A DNA stretch of 45,140 nucleotides from an uncultured Marinosulfonomonas sp. (GCA_964429175.1 CAYSBD010000001.1:7606-52745), one strand, 5' to 3'. Positions 29,081 to 39,430 are shown, numbered from the stretch's first letter. Numbers and translations: made by a program. Notes: generated by a model from the sequence alone, not told the origin.

Positions 29081-30691
29081 TTAGCCCCTAATCGCGCGCA
29101 AGACCACCCCGGCTTTGATCAGCGCATCAAATATTTTCGCGTCGCGCCCGTAAACGTCACGGCGAAATTCCATGCCACCTTTGGGTTTGCTGATGGCGGT
29201 GCGATAAATCAGGTGCACAGGCACCGGATTTTTCAAATTAACCCTGGTTTCTACACCGCTATCCAGCTTGGCATGGAAAAATGCTTTGGGATCTGACTCT
29301 TGCTTGGACAGCAAGGCATAGGCAAACTCAAACGGTTTTTGCACCCGAACGCAGCCATGGCTAAAGGCACGCACATCGCGGTTAAACAGGCTTTTGGCCG
29401 GGCTATCGTGCAGGTAAATATTGTATTTATTCGGGAACATGAACTTGACCAGACCCAACGCATTTGTGTTGCTTGGCGGCTGTTTGATATTAAAGGGGAA
29501 GGTTCTTTTGTTAAATTGCGAAAAATTCACCGAGCCGCGATCAACCGTGCGCCCGCGTGCATCCACCACATTCAAATGCCCAAGCGCATTGCGATTACGT
29601 TGCAGCTTTGGCAGATAATCTCTGACCGCAATCGAGCGCGGCACATGCCAAGTCGGATTGATCACCATATGATCCATCATATCGGAAAATTCCGGCGAGC
29701 GTTTGTGGCTTACATTTTCGCCAACCACGGTGCGCGAGAAAAACGTGGCCTTGCCGTTGTCGATAATTTTTGCGCTAAAATCGGTAAGATTAACCAGAAT
29801 GTGGCGCTTGCCGCGCGGCACGTTAAACCAGCGTTCGCGCTCCATCGCGACCATGATTGATTGCAACCGGTAAGTGGCCGATTTGTTGATTTGCGCCATC
29901 GTGGCCTTGCCCGCAACACCGTCGGTTGGCAGCCCGTGATCCAGTTGGAATAACTGAACGGATTTTTGCAGAGCACCGTCATAAGATTTAGCAGCTGATT
30001 TGCGCATATAGCCCATAGAAATCAAGCGGTTACGCATTGAAACGACATGGCTGCCACTGCTGCCTACTTTCAGAGATGCGACCCCGACCTTTGGCCCGAA
30101 TCCACCTTGTCCCAGCCGTTTTTCAAGTTTTAGTTTTTCTTTCATCAGGCGGGCGTATTCAGGAGTGTTGGGCAACAATTTCTTGAAAAACCCTTTGGGC
30201 GAACTTTTTGCAAAATTCTCAAGCGTTTTCAGGCGATCCCAGCGGGCGATTTTGCGCACAATGCCCTCGTCAATCTTGCTCGGGATCAGCACGCCAGAAC
30301 GCATATCGCTGGCATATTGCAAGAATAAACGGCTCATCTCGACTTCCAGATGGCCCCGGCTACGCCCGGTTTTTGCAGCCTTTAATTTAGCCCGCAGCGC
30401 AGCAGGATCATAGCGGTTTTGCGGCAACCCATGCGCTGAAGCCGTTGAAAAGGCTTGTAATAATGCTTTGCGTCGCTGACTATCTTTTCCAGATTTCCCC
30501 GTCCAGATCGCTTTATAACCACGCGCCATGTAAAATTCGGCGACGGCTTTATCTTTTGACGCAGCCTCGGCAACGGCCTGCTTAAATGCCGTTACCTGTG
30601 CCTGCGCACCCGACAGTGAAAAGATAAAAGCCACGGCCGCAACCGCAACCAGTTTATGCAACATACGCATTTGAACAAGCACGCTATTCAT
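29081..30691 (-). CDS. L,D-transpeptidase (YcbB/LdtD family) with peptidoglycan-binding domain
   Basis: FQLDHGLPTDG, INPTWHVP, NALGLVKFMFPN, IYLHDSP...AFSHGCVRV. Confidence 0.93.
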   Translation of the reverse strand: MNSVLVQMRMLHKLVAVAAVAFIFSLSGAQAQVTAFKQAVAEAASKDKAVAEFYMARGYKAIWTGKSGKDSQRRKALLQAFSTASAHGLPQNRYDPAALRAKLKAAKTGRSRGHLEVEMSRLFLQYASDMRSGVLIPSKIDEGIVRKIARWDRLKTLENFAKSSPKGFFKKLLPNTPEYARLMKEKLKLEKRLGQGGFGPKVGVASLKVGSSGSHVVSMRNRLISMGYMRKSAAKSYDGALQKSVQLFQLDHGLPTDGVAGKATMAQINKSATYRLQSIMVAMERERWFNVPRGKRHILVNLTDFSAKIIDNGKATFFSRTVVGENVSHKRSPEFSDMMDHMVINPTWHVPRSIAVRDYLPKLQRNRNALGHLNVVDARGRTVDRGSVNFSQFNKRTFPFNIKQPPSNTNALGLVKFMFPNKYNIYLHDSPAKSLFNRDVRAFSHGCVRVQKPFEFAYALLSKQESDPKAFFHAKLDSGVETRVNLKNPVPVHLIYRTAISKPKGGMEFRRDVYGRDAKIFDALIKAGVVLRAIRG

Positions 30692-31012
30692 ACTGAACCC
30701 CTAAACATTTTTACCCACGGGTTGCCCCATAAGCATATTAACGCGGATAATCCTGATTTATTCCGTTAAGTCCATTCACATTTGCATTATAATGTCACAA
30801 AAACCCCAAACCACGCATGTTACCCCATGAAACAAGCGTTTTAACAACAATTTCACAATTTCAGCAAATTTCTGCCTATTTTGCTGGATAATTAGACTTG
30901 TCCTTATTCGTGACTTGGTAATTGATTCGAGATATGCGATAAGGCGGATGCATCTGGGGATGGAAAACACGTAACCGTATAAAATTGCGGATAAAATGGG
31001 CAAAGAGCAACG

Positions 31013-31597
31013 ATGGTAAACGATCAGAACACAGGAAAATCAAGCTCCTTAATTACGCGCCGTGGCCTTATGCGCGCGTTTGCGGCTACAACGCTTGTGG
31101 CGGCCCCGACCTATTCAAACGCCGCCGGTTTTTTGCGCGGCGCTGGTGATGTCCGTCGAATCCGTATGTTTTCTGGCCGCACGGGCGAAAATATTGATAC
31201 GATTTACTGGGTCGAGGGTAAATATATCAAGGATGCCATCAAAGAAATCAACTATTTCATGCGCGACTGGCGTCAGGATGAAGTCAGGGCTATGGACACC
31301 CGAAATTTTGACATTATGACAGCGGCCCATAATCTGCTCGGCACCACCGAACCCTATCTGCTACTTTCCGGTTATCGTAGCCCTAGAACCAATGCAATGC
31401 TGCGCTCGCGCTCGCGTGGTGTGGCACGAAAATCATTACATACTTTGGGTCAGGCGGCTGATCTGCGTTTAAAATCGCGCTCGGTAAGGCAGATGTTCAA
31501 GGCTGCCAAAACCTGTGGTGCCGGTGGTGTGGGTAAATATTCCCGCTCTAATTTTGTGCATATGGATTGCGGTGCCGTCCGGACTTGGGGCAGCTAA
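31013..31597 (+). CDS. YcbK/MepK (DUF882, peptidase M15) Tat-exported protein
   Basis: TRRGLM Tat motif, SGYRSPRTNAML, SLHTLGQAAD, FVHMDCG. Confidence 0.92.
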   Translation: MVNDQNTGKSSSLITRRGLMRAFAATTLVAAPTYSNAAGFLRGAGDVRRIRMFSGRTGENIDTIYWVEGKYIKDAIKEINYFMRDWRQDEVRAMDTRNFDIMTAAHNLLGTTEPYLLLSGYRSPRTNAMLRSRSRGVARKSLHTLGQAADLRLKSRSVRQMFKAAKTCGAGGVGKYSRSNFVHMDCGAVRTWGS

Positions 31598-32502
31598 AGG
31601 CTACACGCCTCACCTTCCAAACGCAAAATTTCGTGCTGCATTCCTTGCACCAGCAAATCTGAAAACCTGTTTAACCGTTCTACCCTTTGATCATCCAGAT
31701 GGCGCAGCAGATAAAAACTGCGCTTCAGCGATATTTTATCGGCCAGAACACGGCGAATACCGGGCACTGTCGGCATACAAAAATCATGCACAATCGCCAA
31801 CCCCGCCCCTTGGCGCAACCAATTCACCTGCACAGCCACCGAATTTGAGGCCAAGCTCACACGATCAACGCCGGTTTGATCCAGGTAATCGACTTCTTTG
31901 TCAAAAATCATATCCGGAATATAACCGATAATCCGATGCGCTCTCAGATCCTCTAAATTATTGATCGGCATGTGCGCCCGCAGATAGTCACCGGTTGCGG
32001 CCAGATGCAGCCTGTAATCTGCAATTTTTTGCGCCATCAAACGCCCGGCCGTGGGGCGCGACAGGGTAATCGCCATATCAGCCTCGCGCCTTGACAAATT
32101 AAACACCCGCGGCAAAGCTACAATCTGCACCTCAAGCCCCGGATTTTCATCACAAATTGCGGCACAAACCTGCGGTAATAAATAATTTGCCGCTCCATCA
32201 GGCGCTCCGATGCGCACCGTGCCGCTTAGTTGACCAGCTTGGCCGTGCAGCTCTTGCCCCGCCTGCGCCATCGCGGTTTCGGCCCGCATGGCATGCTCCA
32301 GTAAACGCGCGCCTTCATTGTTCAAAACATAACCCTGAACCGATCGGGCAAATAACGCCGCCCCCAACCGGTGCTCAAGCCGCGCAATCCTGCGCCCCAC
32401 CGTGGCCGGATCCAGCTTTAATTGCCGCCCCGCTTTCGACAGGCTTTCCCCGCGTGCCACCGCCAGAAAAATCCGCATGTCATCCCAATCAAATGCCATC
32501 AT
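31594..32502 (-). CDS. LysR-family transcriptional regulator, divergent from mmsA
   Basis: DWDDMRIFLAVARGESLSKAG...TVGRRIARLE HTH and substrate-binding domain. Confidence 0.93.
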   Translation of the reverse strand: MMAFDWDDMRIFLAVARGESLSKAGRQLKLDPATVGRRIARLEHRLGAALFARSVQGYVLNNEGARLLEHAMRAETAMAQAGQELHGQAGQLSGTVRIGAPDGAANYLLPQVCAAICDENPGLEVQIVALPRVFNLSRREADMAITLSRPTAGRLMAQKIADYRLHLAATGDYLRAHMPINNLEDLRAHRIIGYIPDMIFDKEVDYLDQTGVDRVSLASNSVAVQVNWLRQGAGLAIVHDFCMPTVPGIRRVLADKISLKRSFYLLRHLDDQRVERLNRFSDLLVQGMQHEILRLEGEACSL

Positions 32503-32507
32503 CCACC

Positions 32508-32564
32508 TTTGCGTTTTTGCAAATCATCTTTGACAAAACTCGCCTTTCCTTGGCGTTTTTGCAA
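32508..32564. promoter_or_regulatory. Probable LysR operator sites
   Basis: TTTGC-N6-GCAAA dyad (32508-32523, contains T-N11-A); GCGTTTTTGCAA repeated 42 bp later (32553-32564). Confidence 0.55.
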
Positions 32565-32603
32565 GGGTAAAATACTACCAACCAAAACCCAAAGGAGGAT
32601 TCT

Positions 32604-34103
32604 ATGTCTGAAGTTCATCATTTCATTAACAGCAAAATCACAAACGGCACATCGGGACGGTTTTCGGACATCATGAATCCGGCCACCGGCGAAGTGCAGG
32701 GCAAGGTTGCACTGGCCTCGGCCGATGAGCTGAACACGGCCGTTGAAATCGCCGCCGCCGCCCAGCCGAAATGGGCCGCGACCAACCCGCAAAGACGCGG
32801 GCGCGTGATGATGGCGATGGTGCATTTGCTGAACCGCGACATGGATAAACTGGCCGAGGCCCTGTCAAAAGAGCACGGAAAAACCCTGCCCGACGCCAAG
32901 GGCGATGTGCAGCGCGGCCTGGAAGTGATCGAATATTGCATCGGCGCGGCCGAGATGCTCAAGGGCGAATTCACCGATAACGCCGGCCCGGGCATTGATA
33001 TGTATTCGATGAAACAGGCACTGGGCGTAACGGCCGCAATCGCGCCTTTCAATTTTCCGGCGATGATCCCGCTGTGGCAGATTGGCCCGTCACTTGCCTG
33101 TGGCAATGCGGTGATTTTAAAACCCTCCGAGCGCGCGCCGACCGTGCCGATGATGTTGGCCGGATTATTCGCCGAGGCGGGCCTGCCTGATGGCATTTTA
33201 CAAGTTGTAAACGGCGACAAAGAGGTCGTTGACGCAATTTTGGATAATGAAACAGTTCAGGCCGTCGGCTTTGTCGGATCGACCCCGATAGCGCAATATA
33301 TTTACAGCCGCGCCACCGCGAATGGCAAACGCGCGCAATGTTTTGGCGGCGCGAAAAACCACATGATCATTATGCCGGACGCCGATATGGATCAGGCCGC
33401 GGACGCGATTGTTGGCGCGGGATTCGGGGCTGCGGGCGAACGTTGCATGGCTATTTCGGTGGCTGTTCCGGTGGGCAAGAAAACGGCCGATAAGCTGATT
33501 GAAAAGCTGATTCCGCGCATCGAAAAGCTGCGTGTCGCGCCTTATACTGCTGGCGATGATGTGGATTACGGTCCCGTTGTTACGGCCGCCGCCAAAGAAA
33601 ATATCCTGCGCCTGATTGAGAGCGGCGTTGCCCAAGGTGCCAATCTGGTGGTCGATAATCGCGATTTCAAACTGCAAGGTTACGAGAACGGTTTTTTCAT
33701 CGGCCCGCATTTGTTTGACAATGTCACCACCGATATGGAGATCTATAAAACCGAAATTTTCGGCCCCGTCGTTTGCACATTGCGCGCCGAAACTTATGAG
33801 GAAGCGCTGGCCTATGCGATGGATCACGAATACGGTAATGGCACCGCGATTTTTACCCGTGATGGCGATGCCGCGCGTGATTTTGCCAGCCGAATTAATG
33901 TCGGCATGGTGGGCATTAACGTTCCGGTGCCGGTGCCGCTGGCCTATCACACTTTTGGTGGTTGGAAAAAATCCGGCTTTGGCGATTTGAACCAGCACGG
34001 CCCTGACGCCTTCAAATTTTTCACCCGCACCAAAACCGTGACATCGCGCTGGCCATCGGGCATGAAGGACGGTGGTGAATTCCACTTTAAAGCAATGGAT
34101 TAA
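32604..34103 (+). CDS. mmsA: CoA-acylating methylmalonate-semialdehyde dehydrogenase
   Basis: PFNFPAMIPLW, FVGST, GAKNH, GAAGERCMA, EIFGPV, PVPLAYHTFGGWK. Confidence 0.96.
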   Translation: MSEVHHFINSKITNGTSGRFSDIMNPATGEVQGKVALASADELNTAVEIAAAAQPKWAATNPQRRGRVMMAMVHLLNRDMDKLAEALSKEHGKTLPDAKGDVQRGLEVIEYCIGAAEMLKGEFTDNAGPGIDMYSMKQALGVTAAIAPFNFPAMIPLWQIGPSLACGNAVILKPSERAPTVPMMLAGLFAEAGLPDGILQVVNGDKEVVDAILDNETVQAVGFVGSTPIAQYIYSRATANGKRAQCFGGAKNHMIIMPDADMDQAADAIVGAGFGAAGERCMAISVAVPVGKKTADKLIEKLIPRIEKLRVAPYTAGDDVDYGPVVTAAAKENILRLIESGVAQGANLVVDNRDFKLQGYENGFFIGPHLFDNVTTDMEIYKTEIFGPVVCTLRAETYEEALAYAMDHEYGNGTAIFTRDGDAARDFASRINVGMVGINVPVPVPLAYHTFGGWKKSGFGDLNQHGPDAFKFFTRTKTVTSRWPSGMKDGGEFHFKAMD

Positions 34104-34125
34104 TCCGGCTTTTAACATAATTTTC

Positions 34126-34155
34126 AGGGGCTGCGCAAAACCGCTGCCCCTTTTT
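34126..34155 (+). terminator. Possible terminator after mmsA
   Basis: AGGGGCTGCG...CGCTGCCCC followed by T5 (imperfect stem). Confidence 0.5.
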
Positions 34156-34204
34156 CTTGCCAAATCCTTTGTTGTCTGCTCTGCTCAAGGTAAAGGGGAA
34201 AAAG

Positions 34205-35332
34205 ATGCAAGAACCTGATTTTACGATTGGTATTGAAGAAGAATACCTGCTGGTAGATCAAGAAACGCTGGATTTGGCCCACGCCCCCAAAGGTTTTATG
34301 GATGATTGCATGGCAGATCTGCAACATCAGGTCAGCCCCGAATTTTTGCAATGCCAGATTGAAGTTGGCACCGTTGTTTGTAAAAATATCGATCAGGCCC
34401 GTGAAGATTTGAAACATCTGCGCGCCGCGATTTCCAAACATGCGGTCAAATACGGGCTGGTCCCGATTGCGGCCTCAAGCCATCCGTTTGCCGATTGGAA
34501 AGACCAAAACCACACCGATCAGCAGCGCTATAATGAGCTGAAAAATGATCTGGCGGGCGTGGTGCGCCGGATGCTGATCAGTGGGATGCACGTGCATGTT
34601 GGTATTGAACAAAAGGATTTGCGCATTGATCTGTTAAACCAGTTAACCTATTTTTTGCCCCATCTTTTGGCGCTTTCGACCTCGTCACCATTTTGGCAGG
34701 GCGATGATACCGGTCTGGCTTCGTATCGTTTGACGGTCTTTGACAATCTGCCCCGCACCGGATTGCCGCCAAAACTGCAAAGCTGGGGCGAATATGAGCG
34801 CTCGGTTGAGGCATTAACCAGTTTGGGCGTGATTGAAGACAGTAGTAAAATCTGGTGGGATTTGCGCCCTTCATCCCGATTTCCAACAATAGAATCAAGA
34901 ATTTGCGATGTTTCACCACGTCTGGAACACACGCTGTGTCTGGCGGCTCTGACCCAAAGCCTGACCCGTAAATTATGGCGTTTGTCGCAGAAAAACCAAC
35001 GCTGGCGGCTTTACGATAATTTTTTGCTGAATGAAAACCGTTGGCGGGCGCAACGTTACGGGGTCAGTGGCGGGCTGATCGATTTTGGTAGCAAACGGAT
35101 CGTGCCAATGCCGGAACTGATCGAGGAATTAACCAATCTTTTAGAGCAGGACGCCCAAACCTTGGGCTGTTTGCCGGAAATTCAGACCGCACATGAAATT
35201 GTGGCCAAGGGCAACAGCTCTGATCGCCAGCGCGCGGTTTTTTCGACAGCGCTACAAGCCGGAAAAACCAAAGCGCAGGCATTGCGCGATATTGTTCGCC
35301 ATTTGATCCAAGAATACCACGCTGATCTGTAA
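34205..35332 (+). CDS. Carboxylate-amine ligase (YbdK/GCS2 family)
   Basis: [47 protein letters not shown]; ATG at 34205 after AGGGGA. Confidence 0.92.
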   Translation: MQEPDFTIGIEEEYLLVDQETLDLAHAPKGFMDDCMADLQHQVSPEFLQCQIEVGTVVCKNIDQAREDLKHLRAAISKHAVKYGLVPIAASSHPFADWKDQNHTDQQRYNELKNDLAGVVRRMLISGMHVHVGIEQKDLRIDLLNQLTYFLPHLLALSTSSPFWQGDDTGLASYRLTVFDNLPRTGLPPKLQSWGEYERSVEALTSLGVIEDSSKIWWDLRPSSRFPTIESRICDVSPRLEHTLCLAALTQSLTRKLWRLSQKNQRWRLYDNFLLNENRWRAQRYGVSGGLIDFGSKRIVPMPELIEELTNLLEQDAQTLGCLPEIQTAHEIVAKGNSSDRQRAVFSTALQAGKTKAQALRDIVRHLIQEYHADL

Positions 35333-35405
35333 GGTGGCTTGCAAAACTCTTGAAATTATTGAAAACTAAACATGCGTTCAATTCTTGTAAAACTAAGGAA
35401 ATTCA

Positions 35406-36551
35406 ATGGATTTTGCACTGACACAAGAGCAAACCCTGATATTTGACATGGCACAGGCATTTGGCCAGGAGCAGATCGCGCCATTTGCCCGTGACTGGGA
35501 AAAAGCGGGTAATATCCCCAAAGATTTGTGGCCAAAATTGGCGGAACTTGGCTTTGGCGGGCTTTATGTTTCAGAAGAAAACGGCGGTGCGGGCCTGTCA
35601 AGGTTGGACGCAACGCTGGTTTTCGAGGCCCTGTCGATGGCCTGCCCTTCGGTGGCGGCCTTTTTGTCGATCCACAATATGTGCGCGGCGATGCTGGATA
35701 AATTTGCCGGGCCCCAATTGCAGGAAAAATATCTGGCCGACGCTATCTCAATGCAGAAATTCTTTGCCTATTGCTTAACCGAACCCGGCTCTGGCTCGGA
35801 TGCTGCGGCACTAAAAACAAAGGCTGAAAAAACCGATCAGGGCTATGTGCTAAACGGAACCAAAGCCTTTATTTCCGGCGCAGGATATTCCGACGCCTAC
35901 ATCATCATGGCGCGCACCGGTGCTGATGGGCCAAAAGGCATTTCGGCTTTGGTGGTCGATGATGGCACCCAAGGCCTTAGTTTTGGTGGTTTAGAGGACA
36001 AAATGGGCTGGAAAAGCCAACCTACCCGCCAAGTGCAATTGGACAATTGCAACATTTATGCCGGTAATTTACTGGGCGGAGCCGGTAAAGGTTTCACATA
36101 TGCGATGAAAGGGCTGGATGGCGGGCGGTTGAATATATCGGCTTGTTCATTGGGTGGCGCACAGGCCGCATTAAACGCCACGCTGCAATATATGGGCGAG
36201 CGAAAGGCATTCGGGCGCCCGATTGATCAATTTCAAGCCTTGCAGTTCCGTCTGGCCGATATGGAAACCGAGCTGCAAGCCGCCCGTATATTTCTGCGCC
36301 AAGCTGCCTGGAAACTAGATAACGCCACACCGGATGCCACAAAATTCTGCGCCATGGCCAAACGTTTTGTCACCGAGACCGGATCAAAAGTTGTTAACCA
36401 ATGCCTGCAATTGCATGGAGGTTATGGTTATCTGGCCGATTACGGCATTGAAAAACTGCTGCGCGATTTACGGGTGCATGAAATTCTGGAAGGCAGCAAC
36501 GAAATCATGCGTCTGATTGTGGCGCGTCAAATGCTGGCGGAGCGTGGCTGA
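35406..36551 (+). CDS. Acyl-CoA dehydrogenase (isobutyryl-CoA dehydrogenase-like)
   Basis: YCLTEPGSGSDAA, NGTKAFISG, LDGGRLNI, QLHGGYGY, EILEGSNEIM. Confidence 0.93.
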   Translation: MDFALTQEQTLIFDMAQAFGQEQIAPFARDWEKAGNIPKDLWPKLAELGFGGLYVSEENGGAGLSRLDATLVFEALSMACPSVAAFLSIHNMCAAMLDKFAGPQLQEKYLADAISMQKFFAYCLTEPGSGSDAAALKTKAEKTDQGYVLNGTKAFISGAGYSDAYIIMARTGADGPKGISALVVDDGTQGLSFGGLEDKMGWKSQPTRQVQLDNCNIYAGNLLGGAGKGFTYAMKGLDGGRLNISACSLGGAQAALNATLQYMGERKAFGRPIDQFQALQFRLADMETELQAARIFLRQAAWKLDNATPDATKFCAMAKRFVTETGSKVVNQCLQLHGGYGYLADYGIEKLLRDLRVHEILEGSNEIMRLIVARQMLAERG

Positions 36552-37579
36552 TGACAGATATTAATATCCGCGTTGAAGGCCAAATTGGCAGAATTACCTT
36601 AAATCGTCCCAAGGCGCTGAATGCGCTGACTTATGCCATGTGTCTGGAAATAGATGCCGCGCTGGATGCCTGGCGTGATGATGATGCCGTCAAAATGTTG
36701 CTGATTGATGCGGTCGGTGAGCGGGCCTTTTGTGCCGGTGGCGACATCGCGGAAATCTATGCCAGCGCCAAGCGCGGTGATTACAGTTACGGGCAGAAAT
36801 TCTGGCGTGATGAATACCGGATGAATGCCAAAATATTTGAATATCCCAAGCCGGTGGTCAGCATGATGCAGGGCTTTATCATGGGCGGCGGGGTTGGTGT
36901 TGGTTGTCATGGCAGTATGCGAATTGTGGGTGAAAGCAGCCAAATTTCCATGCCCGAATGCGCCATTGGTCTGGTGCCGGATGTGGGTGGCTCGTTGATC
37001 CTTGCGCGCGCGCCCGGACGGCTGGCTGAATACATTGGAACCACAGGCGTTCGTCTGGGGGCCGAGGATGCGATTTTTGCCGGGTTTGCCGATTATTTCG
37101 TAGCCGAAGACGCGTGGCCTGCGCTGGTTTCAGCCTTGATCAAAACCGGAGATCCGGCGCTGATAAAAGTGGCCTCAACCACCCCGGATAGCGGTGAAAT
37201 TAAGGCGCAACTGACTGAAATAAATGAATTGTTTTCCGGTTCAACCTTGGCTGAAAATATCCTGTCACTCGAGTCTAGCAGCAGCGAATTTGCAGTGGGT
37301 GCTTTAAAATTACTACAGCGAAACGCGCCCCTTTCGATGGGCTGCACGATTGAAATTGTGCAACGGTTGCGCGGCATAAATGACATACGCAAGGCGCTGG
37401 AAATGGAATATCGCTTCACCCATCGCGCCATGCAATTTGCCGATTTTATCGAAGGTATTCGCGCCGCAATTATCGACAAGGATCGCAAGCCAAAATGGAA
37501 ACACGCGCTAAATGACGATATCACGGCAGATATCGAAAACATGCTGAGGCCTCTTGGGGCGAAGGCATTAAAACTTTAG
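36551..37579 (+). CDS. 3-hydroxyisobutyryl-CoA hydrolase (crotonase family)
   Basis: NRPKALNAL, AFCAGGDI, MPECAIGLVPDVGG, DFIEGIRAAIIDKD. Confidence 0.92.
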   Translation: MTDINIRVEGQIGRITLNRPKALNALTYAMCLEIDAALDAWRDDDAVKMLLIDAVGERAFCAGGDIAEIYASAKRGDYSYGQKFWRDEYRMNAKIFEYPKPVVSMMQGFIMGGGVGVGCHGSMRIVGESSQISMPECAIGLVPDVGGSLILARAPGRLAEYIGTTGVRLGAEDAIFAGFADYFVAEDAWPALVSALIKTGDPALIKVASTTPDSGEIKAQLTEINELFSGSTLAENILSLESSSSEFAVGALKLLQRNAPLSMGCTIEIVQRLRGINDIRKALEMEYRFTHRAMQFADFIEGIRAAIIDKDRKPKWKHALNDDITADIENMLRPLGAKALKL

Positions 37580-37589
37580 GGGAATTAGG

Positions 37590-38462
37590 ATGAAAATCGG
37601 ATTTATTGGCCTTGGCAATATGGGCGGCCCGATGGCGGCAAACCTGGCCAAGGCAGGCCACGAAATTAGCGGCTTTGATTTGCAGGCCCCCTGCCCTGAC
37701 GGCGTCGTAAAATCGCCAAGCGCTGCGCAAGTGGCCACCGGCAAGGATGTGGTGATAACCATGCTGCCAAATGGCGCAATCTTGCGCAGCGTAGCCGATG
37801 AAATCATTGCGGTAATGGATAAGGGCGCCGTTTTTCTGGATTGCTCCACTGTTGATGTTGAAACCGCCCGCGCTGTGGCCGCGCAAGCCCAAGCCGCAGA
37901 TCTGATGGCCATTGATGCGCCCGTTTCCGGCGGGGTTGGCGGCGCGGCGGGTGGCACATTAACCTTTATGGCGGGCGGCACGGATGCCGGATTTACCAAA
38001 GTTGCGCCTTTGTTTAAGGTTATGGGTCAAAAATCGGTGCATTGTGGTGCATCCGGTGCCGGCCAAGCCGCCAAAATCTGCAACAATATGATCCTTGGCG
38101 TCACCATGATCGCCACCTGTGAAGCCTTTGCTTTGGCTGATAAATTAGGGCTGGACCGCCAGAAAATGTTTGATGTGGTCAGCACTTCGTCGGGTTACAG
38201 CTGGGCGATGAACGCCTATTGTCCGGCCCCCGGTGTTGGCCCGAAATCGCCGGCCGATAATGATTACAAGCCCGGTTTTGCCGCCGAATTGATGCTAAAA
38301 GATTTGCGCCTGTCCCAGCAGGCCGCCATTTCTGTAGACGCCGACACGCCGATGGGGCATTCTGCCAGCCAGCTGTATGAGCAGTTTGTAGAAACAGAAG
38401 GTGGCGAAGGAATGGACTTTAGCGCAATGCTCCCCCGTTTTGAAAAACGCCAAAGAGGTTAA
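37590..38462 (+). CDS. mmsB: 3-hydroxyisobutyrate dehydrogenase
   Basis: FIGLGNMGGPMA, DAPVSGG, AKICNNM, GFAAELMLKDL. Confidence 0.96.
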   Translation: MKIGFIGLGNMGGPMAANLAKAGHEISGFDLQAPCPDGVVKSPSAAQVATGKDVVITMLPNGAILRSVADEIIAVMDKGAVFLDCSTVDVETARAVAAQAQAADLMAIDAPVSGGVGGAAGGTLTFMAGGTDAGFTKVAPLFKVMGQKSVHCGASGAGQAAKICNNMILGVTMIATCEAFALADKLGLDRQKMFDVVSTSSGYSWAMNAYCPAPGVGPKSPADNDYKPGFAAELMLKDLRLSQQAAISVDADTPMGHSASQLYEQFVETEGGEGMDFSAMLPRFEKRQRG

Positions 38463-39118
38463 TGGGCTGGGTTGAATCCGCCCCTGATCTGGCGGATCTG
38501 GATAGCAAAACCGCGGCCAGATTAAATGAGATAATCCCGATGCAGGTGCCTGCCGGCACGGTGCTGTTTTCCCCCGGTGACGCGGTCAAGGGCTACGTTA
38601 TTGTGTTAAAGGGACGGGTTTCGGTATCTTTAACCGGCACGACGGGCCGCGAAATTTTGCTTTATTCCGTGACCCCGGGGCAATCTTGCATTCAAAGCAC
38701 TTTGGGTTTGATGGGCGGTGAGGATTACACAGCCGAGGCAGTTTCCCAAGAAAATAGCACCTTAATCTTACTGCATAAGAGCTTGTTTTTAAACCTTATA
38801 AATGACTCTAAAGCGTTTCGAAACTTAGTCTTTTCCACCTTTTCACGCCACATGCAAACCATGATGCATTTACTGGAACGGGTCGCATTTCAGCGGGTGG
38901 AATGCCGTCTGGCATCTTATATGCTGGATCGGGCCGATCAGGACGGATTGCTGTTTGCCACCCAACAGGAACTGGCCAGCGCTGTGGGCAGTGCCCGCGA
39001 GGTGATATCGCGCAAACTTGATGTCTGGTCGCATCAAGGTTGGGTGAAAACCATGCGCGGTAAAGTTCAAATTTTAGATAAATCTGCTCTGTTGGCGTTA
39101 ACCAATGACCTTGTGTGA
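38462..39118 (+). CDS. Crp/Fnr family transcriptional regulator
   Basis: cNMP-like domain (GREILLY...GQSC) and HTH TQQELASAVGSAREVISR. Confidence 0.92.
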   Translation: MGWVESAPDLADLDSKTAARLNEIIPMQVPAGTVLFSPGDAVKGYVIVLKGRVSVSLTGTTGREILLYSVTPGQSCIQSTLGLMGGEDYTAEAVSQENSTLILLHKSLFLNLINDSKAFRNLVFSTFSRHMQTMMHLLERVAFQRVECRLASYMLDRADQDGLLFATQQELASAVGSAREVISRKLDVWSHQGWVKTMRGKVQILDKSALLALTNDLV

Positions 39119-39128
39119 CCTAGTCACA
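39114..39128. promoter_or_regulatory. Perfect palindrome, probable site for the adjacent Crp/Fnr regulator
   Basis: TGTGAC-CTA-GTCACA overlapping the regulator's stop codon, about 60 bp upstream of the DUF2892 gene. Confidence 0.65.
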
Positions 39129-39187
39129 GACCAAAGCGTGCGAATCCCTTAATTAATGGCATATGGACGCATTAAAGGAGAAATTCG

Positions 39188-39391
39188 ATGCTTAAGAAAA
39201 ACGTTGGCGGTATTGACCGCATTCTTCGCCTTGTGGTTGGTGCCGCACTGATCATTGCATATTTCATGATGGAAAATGCAAGCCCGTTTTTGCTAATCGG
39301 GATCATCCCGTTGGCGACCGGCCTGATTTCCAGCTGCCCGCTGTATTCGATCATTGGCTTGAAAACTTGCAAAGCTTGCGACGACAAATAA
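39188..39391 (+). CDS. DUF2892 (YgaP-like) small membrane protein
   Basis: NVGGIDRILR...CPLYSIIG signature; AAAGGAG SD. Confidence 0.92.
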   Translation: MLKKNVGGIDRILRLVVGAALIIAYFMMENASPFLLIGIIPLATGLISSCPLYSIIGLKTCKACDDK

Positions 39392-39397
39392 ACAACT

Positions 39398-39423
39398 GGC
39401 CCCACTTTATAAGTGGGGCTTTT
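39398..39423 (+). terminator. Terminator between DUF2892 and uvrA
   Basis: GGCCCCACTT-TAT-AAGTGGGGCT followed by T-run. Confidence 0.7.
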
Positions 39424-39430
39424 CAATTCA

